Origin: Calditrichia bacterium
GTDB taxonomy: Bacteria > Calditrichota > Calditrichia > JAJRVZ01
Length of the DNA: 64,000 nt
Assembly (NCBI GenBank): GCA_963796965.1
Contig: CAWCNS010000004.1
Span: 928,001-992,000, forward strand
Reading direction: 5' to 3'
Under the pieces are notes generated by a model. The model saw nothing but the letters and a program-made list of their open reading frames with translations. It was not told the DNA's origin and ran no database searches. Below are positions 44,937 through 55,665 of this stretch, one piece after another. The position numbers were made by a program, and so were the translations under genes. Position 1 is the stretch's first letter. Each line of letters starts with the position of its first letter.

Positions 44937-45518
44937 GTCAAATTTGAAATTTTCGAATCACGTAGCGATACCGCTATATCGAGCGCAGACGCAAAAATAT
45001 TAAGATTTAAAATCTTATTTTACAGACTAAAGCATGATTTATAGGCTTTCAATCGAAATTAAAACATAAGTACAAATGATCTGTTTCTTTGAATGTCCCT
45101 AAGGGGCCTTCTTTGTGCGCTTTATGTTATATCATTTATATTTGCACTAACGCCGCAAAGGGATTCGATTGTGGTCTCCAAAATAGTTTATATATAAGTA
45201 TCTTTTAATTTGTTACTATCTAAGTAATACATCTTCAATTTAATCTTATAAAAACATTATTCTTCATATACTATGCATGCATTAGAATTAAATTCAATTT
45301 TACCATTCGATTCTTCATAACTTTGGTTTTGTGTACATCCTGAATTCTGATAACTGACCAATGTCAGTCATAGGCAGGTTCTATAATTTCTAAAAACTGA
45401 TTTATTTAAATTAATTTCACAATTTTAAAATCGAACTCGTCGTAGTTGGCGCTGCGCTGAGATAAATTCCAAAAGCGAAATGTTACTTTACATGATTAAG
45501 AATTGAATATCAACCACG

Positions 45519-48486
45519 ATGATTCCAGAAAATAAAGCGCATAAACTACATATATATATCCTTGTCATTATTTTTCTTTTCCGGTATTGCCGGATTGGCC
45601 TACCAGGTAATTTGGGTAAAATTTTTATCTCAGATATTTGGTCATACGATCTATGCTGTTAGCACAGTTGTGGCAGCGTTTATGGCAGGAATGGCAATAG
45701 GTAGCCTCACATTAGGCCGCTTCGCTGACCGTGTCAAATCCCCCTTAAAACTTTATGCATTCCTTGAACTGGGAATTGGCGTTTATGCAATTTTCTTTCT
45801 TTTACTGTTTTCATTTTTAAATGACGTATATGCCGGGATATTTTCTTTCCTGGATCTGCAATATTCTACTTTTTCTTTTGGACGTATCCTCTATGCATTC
45901 GTCCTATTGATCATTCCTACAGCGCTAATCGGTGGGACATTCCCGGTAATTTCGAAATATTATATACGGGATTTGGGGCAAATAAGAAATAGACTGGGGG
46001 TATTATATGCCAGTAATACATTTGGGGCTGTGGTTGGGGCTTTGTTGACAGGATTTATACTGCTTGAGTGGTTGGGCATTTCTGCTACACTTTATTTGAT
46101 GGTTTGCATTAATATTATTCTTGCCCTTATTGCTCTATTACTTTCCAGGGGAGAATCGTATGATATTACCAGGCAAGAAGAATCAATTGCCGTAAAGAAA
46201 ATCAATTTTATTCTGATTATTTATGCTATCAGTGGATTTGTTTCTTTATCCCTTGAAGTTTTGTGGACAAGAGAGTTGGCCATTGTATTTTTATCTTCTA
46301 CTTATAGTTTTTCTACTGTATTGGTTACTTTTCTCATTGGTTTGGGTGCGGGCAGTTTGTTTTTTCGATGGAAAAAAAATGTAAAAAATCCAATTCAATT
46401 ATTCTATAGAATTGAATTTGGCATTGCTATATTGGCTCTTTCATCTATACCGATGCTGCGTTTATTTCCCCAGGAACTTTATATTGATTCAGTTATGACG
46501 AATGCCCTAACCTGGCAAATCGAACTGTTCTTAAATTTCGGTATCGCTTTTCTAATTTTGATTCTCCCAACCTTTCTTATGGGCGCCGCCTTCCCTCTGG
46601 TTTGCTCCATATATGTAAATTCAGTTGAAAAGATTGGGAACGACATTGGTTCGGTTTATGCCTATAATACAATGGGTGCTATCTTTGGTTCATTAATTGC
46701 TGGTTTTGTGCTAATCCCTGTGTTTGGAGTACTAACCTCAATTATCATCATTAGTTGCCTATCTTTTGGTATCGTTTTAGCCTTACTATTAAAATATCAG
46801 TCATTTAAAAAGAACCGCCTGGAATTTAGTGTAATGACGGGTATCTTTGCTGTATTATTTTTGACGATAATCTATAATGGAGGAAATTTTCGTCCACTTC
46901 CCACCGGAATGAAAGTGCTTTATTCAAAGGAAGATATCAGTGCAGAGGTGAAAGTTCTTGAAGATGAAAAGGGTGATAGGTCCCTGTATATAAATGAAAA
47001 GCAACAGGGTGGAACACGGGTCGCTCAAACGGAGCGATGGACAGGACAAGTACCGCTTGTTTTTCACCAGAATCCGGATTCTGTTCTTCTTATTGGATTA
47101 GGGACAGGTGTTACACTTAATGCAGTCGCTGAAGGTCCTGTAGAGCATATTACATGTGTGGATTTAATTGGATCTCTTGTAGAAACAGCTGAACAGTTTG
47201 AATCCATTAATGGAGGAATTTTAAAGAATGAACAAAAAGTCTCGTTTATTGAAGCGGATGGTATAAATTATCTCAGTCTTACCCGGAATAAATTTGACCT
47301 TGTTATATGTGATATTGTTCATCCGGATGATGCAGGCGCGGGGGATCTGTTTTCTCTTGAATTTTACAAGAGCTGCAAAACCGGTTTAAAAGATGAAGGG
47401 TTATTTGTTCAATGGATACTTCTAGATCAGCTTGCTCCTGATGACTTAAAAACTATTTTGGCTACCTTTTATTATGTGTTCCCTAATATGCAACTATACT
47501 TGGGACAGGAACAAAATAAATATCAAAAATTAATGTTATTGGGTTCCGCTAATAGTGTAAAAGTGAATTTTGAGAAGATCAGTGAAAATCTAAAAAAATT
47601 ACCTTTCACAGAAGAATTCTATGGAAAGGACGATCCTTATTCATTTTTGTCATATTTCATAAACACGGGAAAATCATTGGAGTTTCGTCTTCATTCAATC
47701 CCTATTAATACACGAGATCATCCAATTATTGAGTATAAATCTCCAAAACATCGCTGGATACCCGGGAAAAGTGTTCGAAATTTAGTCTATCTGAACGGTT
47801 TACGTGAATCTATATCTAACCAAGACTGGTTGGAAGGTGGCGTAATCTCAGAATATAATACTTATTTTAATACCAGGACATTATTAATAAATGGGAGATT
47901 ACAGGAATATACACTAAAATATGGTGCAGCTGACACATCATTTTCTGAAGCGGCTTTAAAAGATGTGGACACCTTATTAGTTTCCCATTTGTTAGAAAAT
48001 ATAGCCTGGAAATTTATCGAAGTGAACCAATTAGATAAGGCAGTCATTGCATTCAAAAAATCAATTGCGGTAAACAATTACAATACCAAAGCCAGCTATG
48101 CCCTTGCAGTCCTTCTGGAAAATATGAAGAATGAAGAAGAGGCCATTGAATTTTACCGTTATACGGCACATTATGATTCCAGAGATTATAATGCTGAAAG
48201 ACGCCTCGGCGATATATACAGCCGAAGAAAGGACTTTGAAACTGCCCTTAATTATTACCGTATGTCCTTGAGTAAAAATACGGATCAACCTCTTTTATTC
48301 TACATTCTTGGACAAATCTATTATAATTATAAAAATGACTATGTGAGAGCATTAGAATATTATAGAAAAAGTCTTGATTTAGAACCCTTTCATAAATATT
48401 CCCAACTTGCCGGGGAAGCAATAAAGCAGATAGAGAGAAATATTCAATCCAGTCGCGAACAAGCAAAAAAACCAATTCATCAATAA
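45519..48486 (+). CDS. Fused membrane (MFS-like)/spermidine synthase-like protein with C-terminal TPRs
   Basis: FFSGIAGLAYQVIW repeat TM block, IGLGTGVT, EADG, LFSLEFY, NTRDHPIIEY, TPR tail. ATG at 45519 is one indel out of frame with the main ORF (45562). Confidence 0.82.
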
Positions 48487-48501
48487 GATCTATCTTTTTG
48501 C

Positions 48502-48530
48502 TTGACATTAAACTACCGTGCATCTATATT
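48502..48530 (+). promoter_or_regulatory. Putative sigma70 promoter, likely for tRNA-Gly
   Basis: TTGACA-17 bp-TATATT. Confidence 0.6.
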
Positions 48531-48573
48531 TTTTAGATATGATTTAAAACGGATGGGGTATGTTAATTATTTA

Positions 48574-48850
48574 AATGCCCCAAAGGGGCAATAGCAAAAA
48601 CATAGGACAACGCCCTATGAAAAGAACTATATTATAAATTAGCCCTGAATGGGCGAAAGCAAAAGAAATATTACGTTACAGTCATTATCAAAGTAAATGT
48701 ACAAATATAATTAGTACCAAAAATATATAAATCCTCAATGATAAACGCTATATTGCGGATTAGGCTTACGCCCCTTCAGGGCTTAGATTTTTATTGTTGC
48801 AAATTCACAGGGCGTTGCCCCGTGTTATTGTTTATGCCCTTTCAGGGCAA
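48574..48850 (+). mobile_element. Non-autonomous IS200/IS605-type deletion derivative with both hairpin ends
   Basis: Left end matches 32121-32210; decayed QSLSKV.V.I.STKN; RYIAD* at 48746-48763; inverted right end GCCCCTTCAGGGC/GGGCGTTGCCC/GCCCTTTCAGGGC. Confidence 0.7.
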
Positions 48851-49052
48851 TGAACGATAAAATAATGTGGCAGTATAGAGGGTAAATAACAGACGCAGAA
48901 GCATGTTCCCGCAAAGACTTATTATTAAAAGATTTAGGTGAATGTTCTGTAATTTGAATCAAGATAAATCTCTTTTCTAAAAATTTTTTCTCTGCGTCTT
49001 TGCATCTCTGCGAGAGATATTTAGAATAGATCAGGTTGAAAAATCAATTAAA

Positions 49053-49127
<75 letters not shown>

Positions 49128-49200
49128 CTCAGCGCACGTGGTTACAGCGAAAAACCTGAACGTTGTAAAGCAATGAGGGATGAAGTTTATTCTGGAGTAA

Positions 49201-49374
49201 GATTTGAGAATCTTGATACGAGATACGAGATACGAGATACGGGATACGGGATAGGGGAGAACGAAATCAATCAGTTAGAAAAGACTTGACAATCATGAAG
49301 GAAACACAGAACTTCAATTACCAATTACCAATTACCAATTACCAATTACCAATTACCAATTACCAATTACCAAT
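49201..49374. repeat. Heptamer element copy 3: (GATACGR)n arm, TTGAC-N12-AACACAGAACTTC core, (AATTACC)x8
   Basis: Left arm 49201-49256; core 49286-49315; array 49316-49371. Confidence 0.85.
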
Positions 49375-49441
49375 ATTTTACCTTATTTAGCAAGAATTAT
49401 TAACTTACCATCAATATAGATTTATTTATCGGAGAATATTT

Positions 49442-49468
49442 TAAAGTAAAGATAAACAATTCCGATAC
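49442..49468 (+). promoter_or_regulatory. Putative sigma28 (FliA/WhiG)-type promoter
   Basis: TAAA(GT)-N15-TCCGATAC. Confidence 0.5.
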
Positions 49469-49673
49469 TTTGGTAAGACGTCACATTAATTTATATGGTA
49501 TTATAACTTTAAAATTGTTCTAAATCACGTCCAACTGTAGATACAGATCACTTAATTGAGAAAAAAAATTCACCAGGTGATACGAGTCACAGAATATTAG
49601 CCTTTCTATCAGTTAATTAGTCTACAAAACGGCAAAAATTTAATCATAATTCTCAATTTTAATGGAGGCCGGT

Positions 49674-50504
49674 ATGAAATCGATGTTATTTACTTCTATA
49701 ATAGTTCTGTTTTTAGCATTAACGCTAAACGCACAGTTGTATCAACAGGTAGGTGCATCAGGAGCTATTAATTGGCAGGATCAGATAATTCGCTCCACAG
49801 GTATTGGAGCACCAAATCCCAAAATGCCGCTGGCAGCACAGAGGGCTGGGGCAATCGAAGCTGCTAAAAGAATTGCATTAAGAAATCTTTTAGAAACAGT
49901 TAAGGGGATGGCTATTAACTCAGAAACGACGGTTGAAAATGCCATGATAGCCAGCGATGTCATCAATACACAGGTTTCAGGGATTGTACGAAATTTCAAA
50001 GTTGTAGATACCCGTTATATGAGTACAGGTGATGTTGAAGTAGACGTGGAAATCCCTCTCAGTGGGGTATTGTTTGATGCTTTGATGCCGCAACAGGTCT
50101 CTGGTCCAATGATGCCAGGTCAGAATTTTCCCATTGACCAATCCTTTCTTCCTCAACAATCGGGCGTCTTCACAGGATTAATTATCGATGCCCGCGGTAC
50201 CGGTTTGAGGCCAGCCATGGCTGCAAGAATCATTGATGAGCAGGGCAATGAGGTGTATGGTAGTGGATATGTTAGCCGTGACTACGCAGTCCAGATAGGT
50301 GTGGTAGGATATGAAAAAGATATCAACCGGGCCAGGACTGATGATCGGGTAAAGGATAATCCGATGGTCGTTAAAGGTATGAAGGCCAGCGGGACAAACC
50401 GTACTGATATCGTAATAAGTAATGCCGATGCCCAGCGTGTACTTGCTGCGGCGAAAAACATGAACTTTATGGAACAATGTAAAGTGATGTTTATTCTTGA
50501 GTAA
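49674..50504 (+). CDS. Secreted LPP20/FlgP-like protein
   Basis: Signal peptide; TGIG...AIEAAKRIALRNLLETVKGMAINSETTV; FTGLIIDARG C-domain. Confidence 0.65.
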   Translation: MKSMLFTSIIVLFLALTLNAQLYQQVGASGAINWQDQIIRSTGIGAPNPKMPLAAQRAGAIEAAKRIALRNLLETVKGMAINSETTVENAMIASDVINTQVSGIVRNFKVVDTRYMSTGDVEVDVEIPLSGVLFDALMPQQVSGPMMPGQNFPIDQSFLPQQSGVFTGLIIDARGTGLRPAMAARIIDEQGNEVYGSGYVSRDYAVQIGVVGYEKDINRARTDDRVKDNPMVVKGMKASGTNRTDIVISNADAQRVLAAAKNMNFMEQCKVMFILE

Positions 50505-50659
50505 GATCTGAGATTCTCGATAATCGAAGCTCGATTCCGGATTCTTGATGTGAGATTTGGGATATGCTATTTTGTACGAGGAATTTAAAGAAGATTTGAC
50601 TGACATAAGGATTGGACACAACTTTTGTATCCCGTATCCCGTATCCCGTATCGAGAATC
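50505..50659. repeat. Heptamer element copy 4: GAT-periodic arm, TTGAC-N14-GACACAACTTTT core, (GTATCCC)x3
   Basis: Core 50596-50626; array 50627-50654. Confidence 0.85.
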
Positions 50660-50714
50660 ATTTACATCTTTTGAACAAAAGTTATAGATAAAACAAATTG
50701 TGGAGGGTAGTTCC

Positions 50715-51875
50715 ATGTCAAGAACATTAATAATATTAAGCCTTGTTGCCGGGATTGTTTTTTTGAACAGTTGTGGAGGGCCGAAAGAACGAGATGCCGA
50801 ATCGGTTTTAGATACGCCGGAATACCATTATGATCAGGGAAAGAAGTATCTTGAAAAAGATGATTTGACTAATGCTCTTAGAGAATTTAATGAAGCAAAA
50901 AGTCTAAAAGCTAATTTTGCACCTGCTTATGAGGGCATTGCTCTCGTTGATATCGAGCAAAAGAACTATGAATCAGCTGAAAATAATATCGATAAAGCGC
51001 TTAGCGAGGACGGCGCGTGGGTGCCGGCAATGGTCGCTCAGGGCAGACTTTTATCGGCTAAGGGTGAATATGAAGATGCCATTAGTGAATTCGAAGATGC
51101 CCTCGATGAAATTGATGACTCAAAATCTAAATTCAATAAAAAAGAAGTTCGCATGGATGGCTTGTATCATATGGGTGTAGCCTACAAGGATTGGGGACAA
51201 TATATTAATGCTCAAACCACCTTCCAGAAAATACTCGTCATTGATAATACAAATATCAAAGCAAGCGCAGCGATTAAAGAATTAGCTGAATATCAGGCTG
51301 CTGTCGCCGGACAAAGCCCGGAACTGAAAAAAATTGCCAAACAAAAAGAAGTGACCAGGGCAGATGTCGCCGTGCTGTTCGTTACTGAACTTCCTTTGGA
51401 AAAGATTTTCCGGAAATCAAAACGACAAGATGCCATTGGATTTCAATCCCCTGACGGCGGTGTTATGGGCAAAAAGGAAGAAAAGGCAGCAGGTCCTGAA
51501 CCAATTGCGACGGATGTACCTGATACTTATTGGGCCAGATCATTTATTGAGCAAGCTCTGACCACAGGGATTATTGAAAAGTATCCTGATGGAAGTTTTC
51601 AACCCGACAAGAAGGTAAATCGTGCGGAGTTTGCTGTTTTGATTCAACAATTTCTTGTAAAAGCTTATGATGACAAAGGATTAGAAACGGAATATTTTGG
51701 CAGTAAATCAACTTATGCAGATGTATTAAATACATCACCAATCTTCAATGCAATAATGCTTGTCTCATCGCGTGGTATTATGACAGGGTTTGATGATGGG
51801 ACTTTTCGTCCTCTTGGAGCCGTATCTGGGGCGGAAGCATTAAACATCATTCGCAATATGAAAGCGAAATTCTAG
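50715..51875 (+). CDS. Lipoprotein with TPR repeats and S-layer homology (SLH) domains
   Basis: LNSC lipobox; TPRs; DVPDTYWA...YPDGSFQPDKKVNRAEFA; GFDDGTFRP. Confidence 0.8.
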   Translation: MSRTLIILSLVAGIVFLNSCGGPKERDAESVLDTPEYHYDQGKKYLEKDDLTNALREFNEAKSLKANFAPAYEGIALVDIEQKNYESAENNIDKALSEDGAWVPAMVAQGRLLSAKGEYEDAISEFEDALDEIDDSKSKFNKKEVRMDGLYHMGVAYKDWGQYINAQTTFQKILVIDNTNIKASAAIKELAEYQAAVAGQSPELKKIAKQKEVTRADVAVLFVTELPLEKIFRKSKRQDAIGFQSPDGGVMGKKEEKAAGPEPIATDVPDTYWARSFIEQALTTGIIEKYPDGSFQPDKKVNRAEFAVLIQQFLVKAYDDKGLETEYFGSKSTYADVLNTSPIFNAIMLVSSRGIMTGFDDGTFRPLGAVSGAEALNIIRNMKAKF

Positions 51876-52023
51876 GCTTGAAAAGTGAAAATTGAAGATT
51901 GAAGGTTGAAGATTATTAAGGAATTCAATTAATCAAAATCGTTTGTTTAATAGTTATGCGTCTATAATTTTCAATTTAAAATCTTCAATATTCAATTTAA
52001 ATTATCAGTAATAGGAATAAAAT

Positions 52024-53214
52024 ATGAAAAAAATGTTAATTGTAATTATTCTCTCTTTAACTTCATTTCTCTGGGCGCAAAATAATACGCAAATATCTTC
52101 AGATTCAAAGGAAGTTGTTGCGAAAGGGTTAGGAGCAATCCTCGCTGGAGACGAAGTGAAGGCACGGGAAGATGCGATCAACGCAGCTTTACGTAATGCT
52201 GTTGAGCAGGTAGTGGGTACAATGATTGAGTCAGAGGTTCTCGTGGAGAATTATCAAACCGTTGAAGATCAGATATATACCCGTACCCAGGGCTATGTTC
52301 AAAAGTATGATATCATCTCTACCAGCAAACAAATGGATAATGCTATAGAAATAACCATTAAGGCAGTCGTCAAGATGTCAGATCTTAAATCAGATCTGGA
52401 AGCAATAGGCGTATTGTTGAGTAGGAAGGGTCGACCAAGAACCATGGTTATGATTGATGAAAAAAACATTGGTGAACATTATTATCAGTTTGGGATGGAT
52501 ATGAACACCACGGAAATAGCGCTAATGAATGAATTGATGAATTTTGGATTTCCGTTTGTGGATCCTGCTCAATCAAAAATAAACATAGCAAATGATGTGG
52601 TTACCTCGGCTTTAAAGGGTGATGCCGGCGCCGCTGCAAATATAGCTTCCCGATTGGGTGCTGAGATTATAATTACAGGAACTGCGGTTGCAAAAGTTGC
52701 TTCCGGTGGATCTGAAGTTGTACGAAATGCTGGTTTTAAATCATGTCAGGCTAATTTAAATTTGCGTGTAATTCGTGCTGATGATGCGAATATTGTAGCT
52801 GTCGCGTCAGCTTATGATCGTGCAGCGCATATTGATGAAATCACCGGCGGAACTCAGGCTCTGCAAAAAGCTGCTAAAAAGGCTGCCATTGAATTAAAAG
52901 ATAAAATTGTAGCAGCCTGGCAAAAAGATGTATATTCTAATGCCCAGGTACAATTGCATGTAACAAATATTGCCAGTTTTAGTCAACTTAATACTTTTAA
53001 AAACAGTCTTAAATATTATATACGAGGTATTCAAGCTGTTCATCAACGCAGTTTTGCCGGTGGCTCTGCTATTTTTGATATCGATATAAAAGGAACTGCT
53101 GAGCAAATGGCCTCTGAGTTGGATGCAAAAGAAATTGAAGGGTTGAGTTTACAGGTTACCGGTCTTACCCAAAATAAAGTATCTGTAAAAATCGTTCAAC
53201 CGGGGGAGAAATAA
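52024..53214 (+). CDS. Flagellar assembly protein T (FlgT) N-terminal domain-containing protein
   Basis: VVAKGLG...AREDAINAALRNAVEQVVGTMIES; CsgG/TolB-N-like middle domain. Confidence 0.7.
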   Translation: MKKMLIVIILSLTSFLWAQNNTQISSDSKEVVAKGLGAILAGDEVKAREDAINAALRNAVEQVVGTMIESEVLVENYQTVEDQIYTRTQGYVQKYDIISTSKQMDNAIEITIKAVVKMSDLKSDLEAIGVLLSRKGRPRTMVMIDEKNIGEHYYQFGMDMNTTEIALMNELMNFGFPFVDPAQSKINIANDVVTSALKGDAGAAANIASRLGAEIIITGTAVAKVASGGSEVVRNAGFKSCQANLNLRVIRADDANIVAVASAYDRAAHIDEITGGTQALQKAAKKAAIELKDKIVAAWQKDVYSNAQVQLHVTNIASFSQLNTFKNSLKYYIRGIQAVHQRSFAGGSAIFDIDIKGTAEQMASELDAKEIEGLSLQVTGLTQNKVSVKIVQPGEK

Positions 53215-53414
53215 TTCTTTAACCTAATTTCTCTGGTCACAGAAATCACAGAGTAAAAGCAATTAATATTTAAAAATTATGGATTAAGAGGTAATTTATC
53301 GAGATAACAGATTTAGATATTATTTATTTTTAATTCAAACCTCTTAAATCTTAATTGTTTGTCATCTCTGTCTAATCTGTGCTTTTGGAAATTTGATCAT
53401 TCAGGAGGTGTATT

Positions 53415-54314
53415 ATGAAGAGAAATCTCTTTTTTCCAATTTTAATTTTATTGATTTCTTTTAGTCTACAAGTTGGGGCGCAAGATTTAACCAGCCTAAA
53501 AAAAAGAATTGCTGTTATCAATTTTGAAGATAAGGCTGGATATGGCCACAACGTAGGACGGGGCGTATCAGATATGCTTGTTACAAGCCTGGTTGAGAGT
53601 GAAAAGTTTGTGGTCATTGAAAGGGAAGAACTTGACGAGATATTAAAAGAGCAGGGATTAGGACAAAGTGGTCTGGTGACCCCCCAGTCAGCAGCGAAAG
53701 TTGGTCAACTCCTCGGAATCCAACGAATAATCACCGGCAGTGTGACCGAATTCGGAACTAAACAAAATAAGGTAGGTGGCGGGATAGGCGGTTTTAATCT
53801 TGGTGTTTCTACAAGCACAGCCAGGGTAGCCGTCGATATGCGGATTATAAATGTCAATACGGGTGAAATAACGATGGCGAAGAGTGCTGAGGGCGAGGAT
53901 AGTTCCACCGGTTTGGATAATGTTGGAGTAGATGATATTGATTTCCATAATTCTACCACGTGGGATAATACCCAATTGGGCATCGCATCACGCGAAGCAA
54001 TAAATGAGTGTGTGGAATATATTGTTGAAGATATGCAAGGCTTGCCCTGGGAAGGGAAAATAATCAAAGCGAGTGGTACAACCATCTATATGAAGCCAGG
54101 ATCGAAGGGTGGGGTACAACCGGGTATGGAATTTGCCGTTTATCGACCAGGCGAAGAATTGATAGATCCGGATACGGGTATCTCTTTAGGATCTGAAGAG
54201 TCTAAAATTGGCACTATCCAATATACCGCTGATATTGGTGAAGGAAAAGCAGGTAAAGCATTAGTGAAATCGGGTACGGGCTTTCAGGCTGGTGATCTGG
54301 TACGAATAAAATAG
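53415..54314 (+). CDS. CsgG/HfaB-family protein with FlgT C-terminal-like domain
   Basis: IAVINFED, FVVIEREELDEILKEQ, GSVTEF, DMRIINVNTGEI; GSKGGVQPG...IDPDTG. Confidence 0.8.
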   Translation: MKRNLFFPILILLISFSLQVGAQDLTSLKKRIAVINFEDKAGYGHNVGRGVSDMLVTSLVESEKFVVIEREELDEILKEQGLGQSGLVTPQSAAKVGQLLGIQRIITGSVTEFGTKQNKVGGGIGGFNLGVSTSTARVAVDMRIINVNTGEITMAKSAEGEDSSTGLDNVGVDDIDFHNSTTWDNTQLGIASREAINECVEYIVEDMQGLPWEGKIIKASGTTIYMKPGSKGGVQPGMEFAVYRPGEELIDPDTGISLGSEESKIGTIQYTADIGEGKAGKALVKSGTGFQAGDLVRIK

Positions 54315-54322
54315 GATATATC

Positions 54323-55066
54323 ATGAGAACTACAATATCAAATTATATTGTTTTGCTTGTAATGGCAGTTTTGGTTTTCTCTTTTACCCCGGAACCGGCT
54401 TCTGTTGGTAAGGTCAGTTTCCCATTAGGAAATGTCCATGTACTCAGTAAGGGTGAAACAAGGTTTAGAAAAGTAACCTTTAATATGCCGGTAAAAACGG
54501 GCGACAAGATTGAGACAAAAAAACAATCTCGCTGTGAATTGACATATAATGATGGCAGTATTGTTCGGATTGATGAGCAATCGATTTATACAGTTGAAAA
54601 TGCTACTATCTCAGATGATAAAAAGGAAGTTGAATCCAAACTCTCTATTGGAAAGTTATGGGCGAATCTGAAAAAGTTGATCCGTGGTAAAGATTCATGG
54701 CGACTCAAATCTCCTGCCGCTGTTGTGGCTGTTAGGGGAACTGTCTACCGTATGAATGCTGGCGCTGATTCTTCGACCCAAGTGCTTGTGTATGAAGGCC
54801 AGGTCGATGTAAGGCCTGCATCAGCCGGCGGTGTCCAGCAAGGTATGGGTATGGCACCGGGTGCACCACGTCAGGTTCAGGCCCCGACACAAATAGCCGG
54901 CCCGACACAGGTAAGTATGAAAGAGTGGTTTGAGATTATCAAAGCACAACAACAAATTGTAGTCCGCCCCGATGGCTCTTATGCTAAGTCAGATTTTAGC
55001 TTTGAAGAAGATTCAAAACTTGACTGGGTCCGTTGGAATAAAGAGAGGGATGCACTGATAAAGTAG
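54323..55066 (+). CDS. FecR-domain protein
   Basis: GDKIET...DGSIVRIDEQS...SPAAVVAVRGT...VYEGQV. Confidence 0.8.
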   Translation: MRTTISNYIVLLVMAVLVFSFTPEPASVGKVSFPLGNVHVLSKGETRFRKVTFNMPVKTGDKIETKKQSRCELTYNDGSIVRIDEQSIYTVENATISDDKKEVESKLSIGKLWANLKKLIRGKDSWRLKSPAAVVAVRGTVYRMNAGADSSTQVLVYEGQVDVRPASAGGVQQGMGMAPGAPRQVQAPTQIAGPTQVSMKEWFEIIKAQQQIVVRPDGSYAKSDFSFEEDSKLDWVRWNKERDALIK

Positions 55067-55231
55067 AGAGATCTGAATTTTTTACAACCTGAATATTGGG
55101 TATAAAGCATGGCGCATAGAGCCTGGCGGAAGACGGTCTAAAAAACGCTAAGCCCTATGCGCTTTGTATTTTCATATATTAATATATGATGATTTTTAAA
55201 TCTGCTGCTGGATTTATTACCTACGGATTAA

Positions 55232-55280
55232 ACCACCACCCCCAACCCCCTCCTTAGTAAGGAGGGGGCGAGGGGGAGGT
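55232..55280. repeat. CCCCTCC...GGAGGGG palindromic element
   Basis: ACCACCACCCCCAACCCCCTCCTT-AGT-AAGGAGGGGGCGAGGGGGAGGT. Confidence 0.7.
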
Positions 55281-55484
55281 AATTCTATGCACTCTCCAGT
55301 AAGATTCACTTATTACAATTAACCAAATCAGTACCCTTCCTTGTATATATATCCCTAAAGCATTAAATTTCAACCAGTTATATTAATTTATCCTGAAAAT
55401 TTATAATTAATCTGATGAAACCAGAATAATATCAGTGAGTAAAAGGTTTTGTGGAGTTGTAGATATAATTAATTTTGTTTGTCT

Positions 55485-55513
55485 GTAGAGACGTCCCGGC
55501 GGGACGTCTCTAC
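55485..55513. repeat. GTAG-type REP palindrome
   Basis: GTAGAGACGTCCC-GGC-GGGACGTCTCTAC, perfect 13-bp stem. Confidence 0.75.
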
Positions 55514-55665
55514 TCGTTAATGTTAAAATTTTGTTTGCTTTGTAAATAGAAACATTGAATCTGTCTATAATTTTAATTACCATGCCAACTGGCCCAGCCT
55601 TGTTGGAACCTAATATGGTCGAAACTGTAAATACACATACTAAATACATGTCAAAAAATTAACTT

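Noticed and set aside
53415..54314. Curli secretion system
   Set aside because: No csgA/B/E/F-like genes nearby, and the CsgG-like protein lacks a lipobox and has an extra C-terminal domain.
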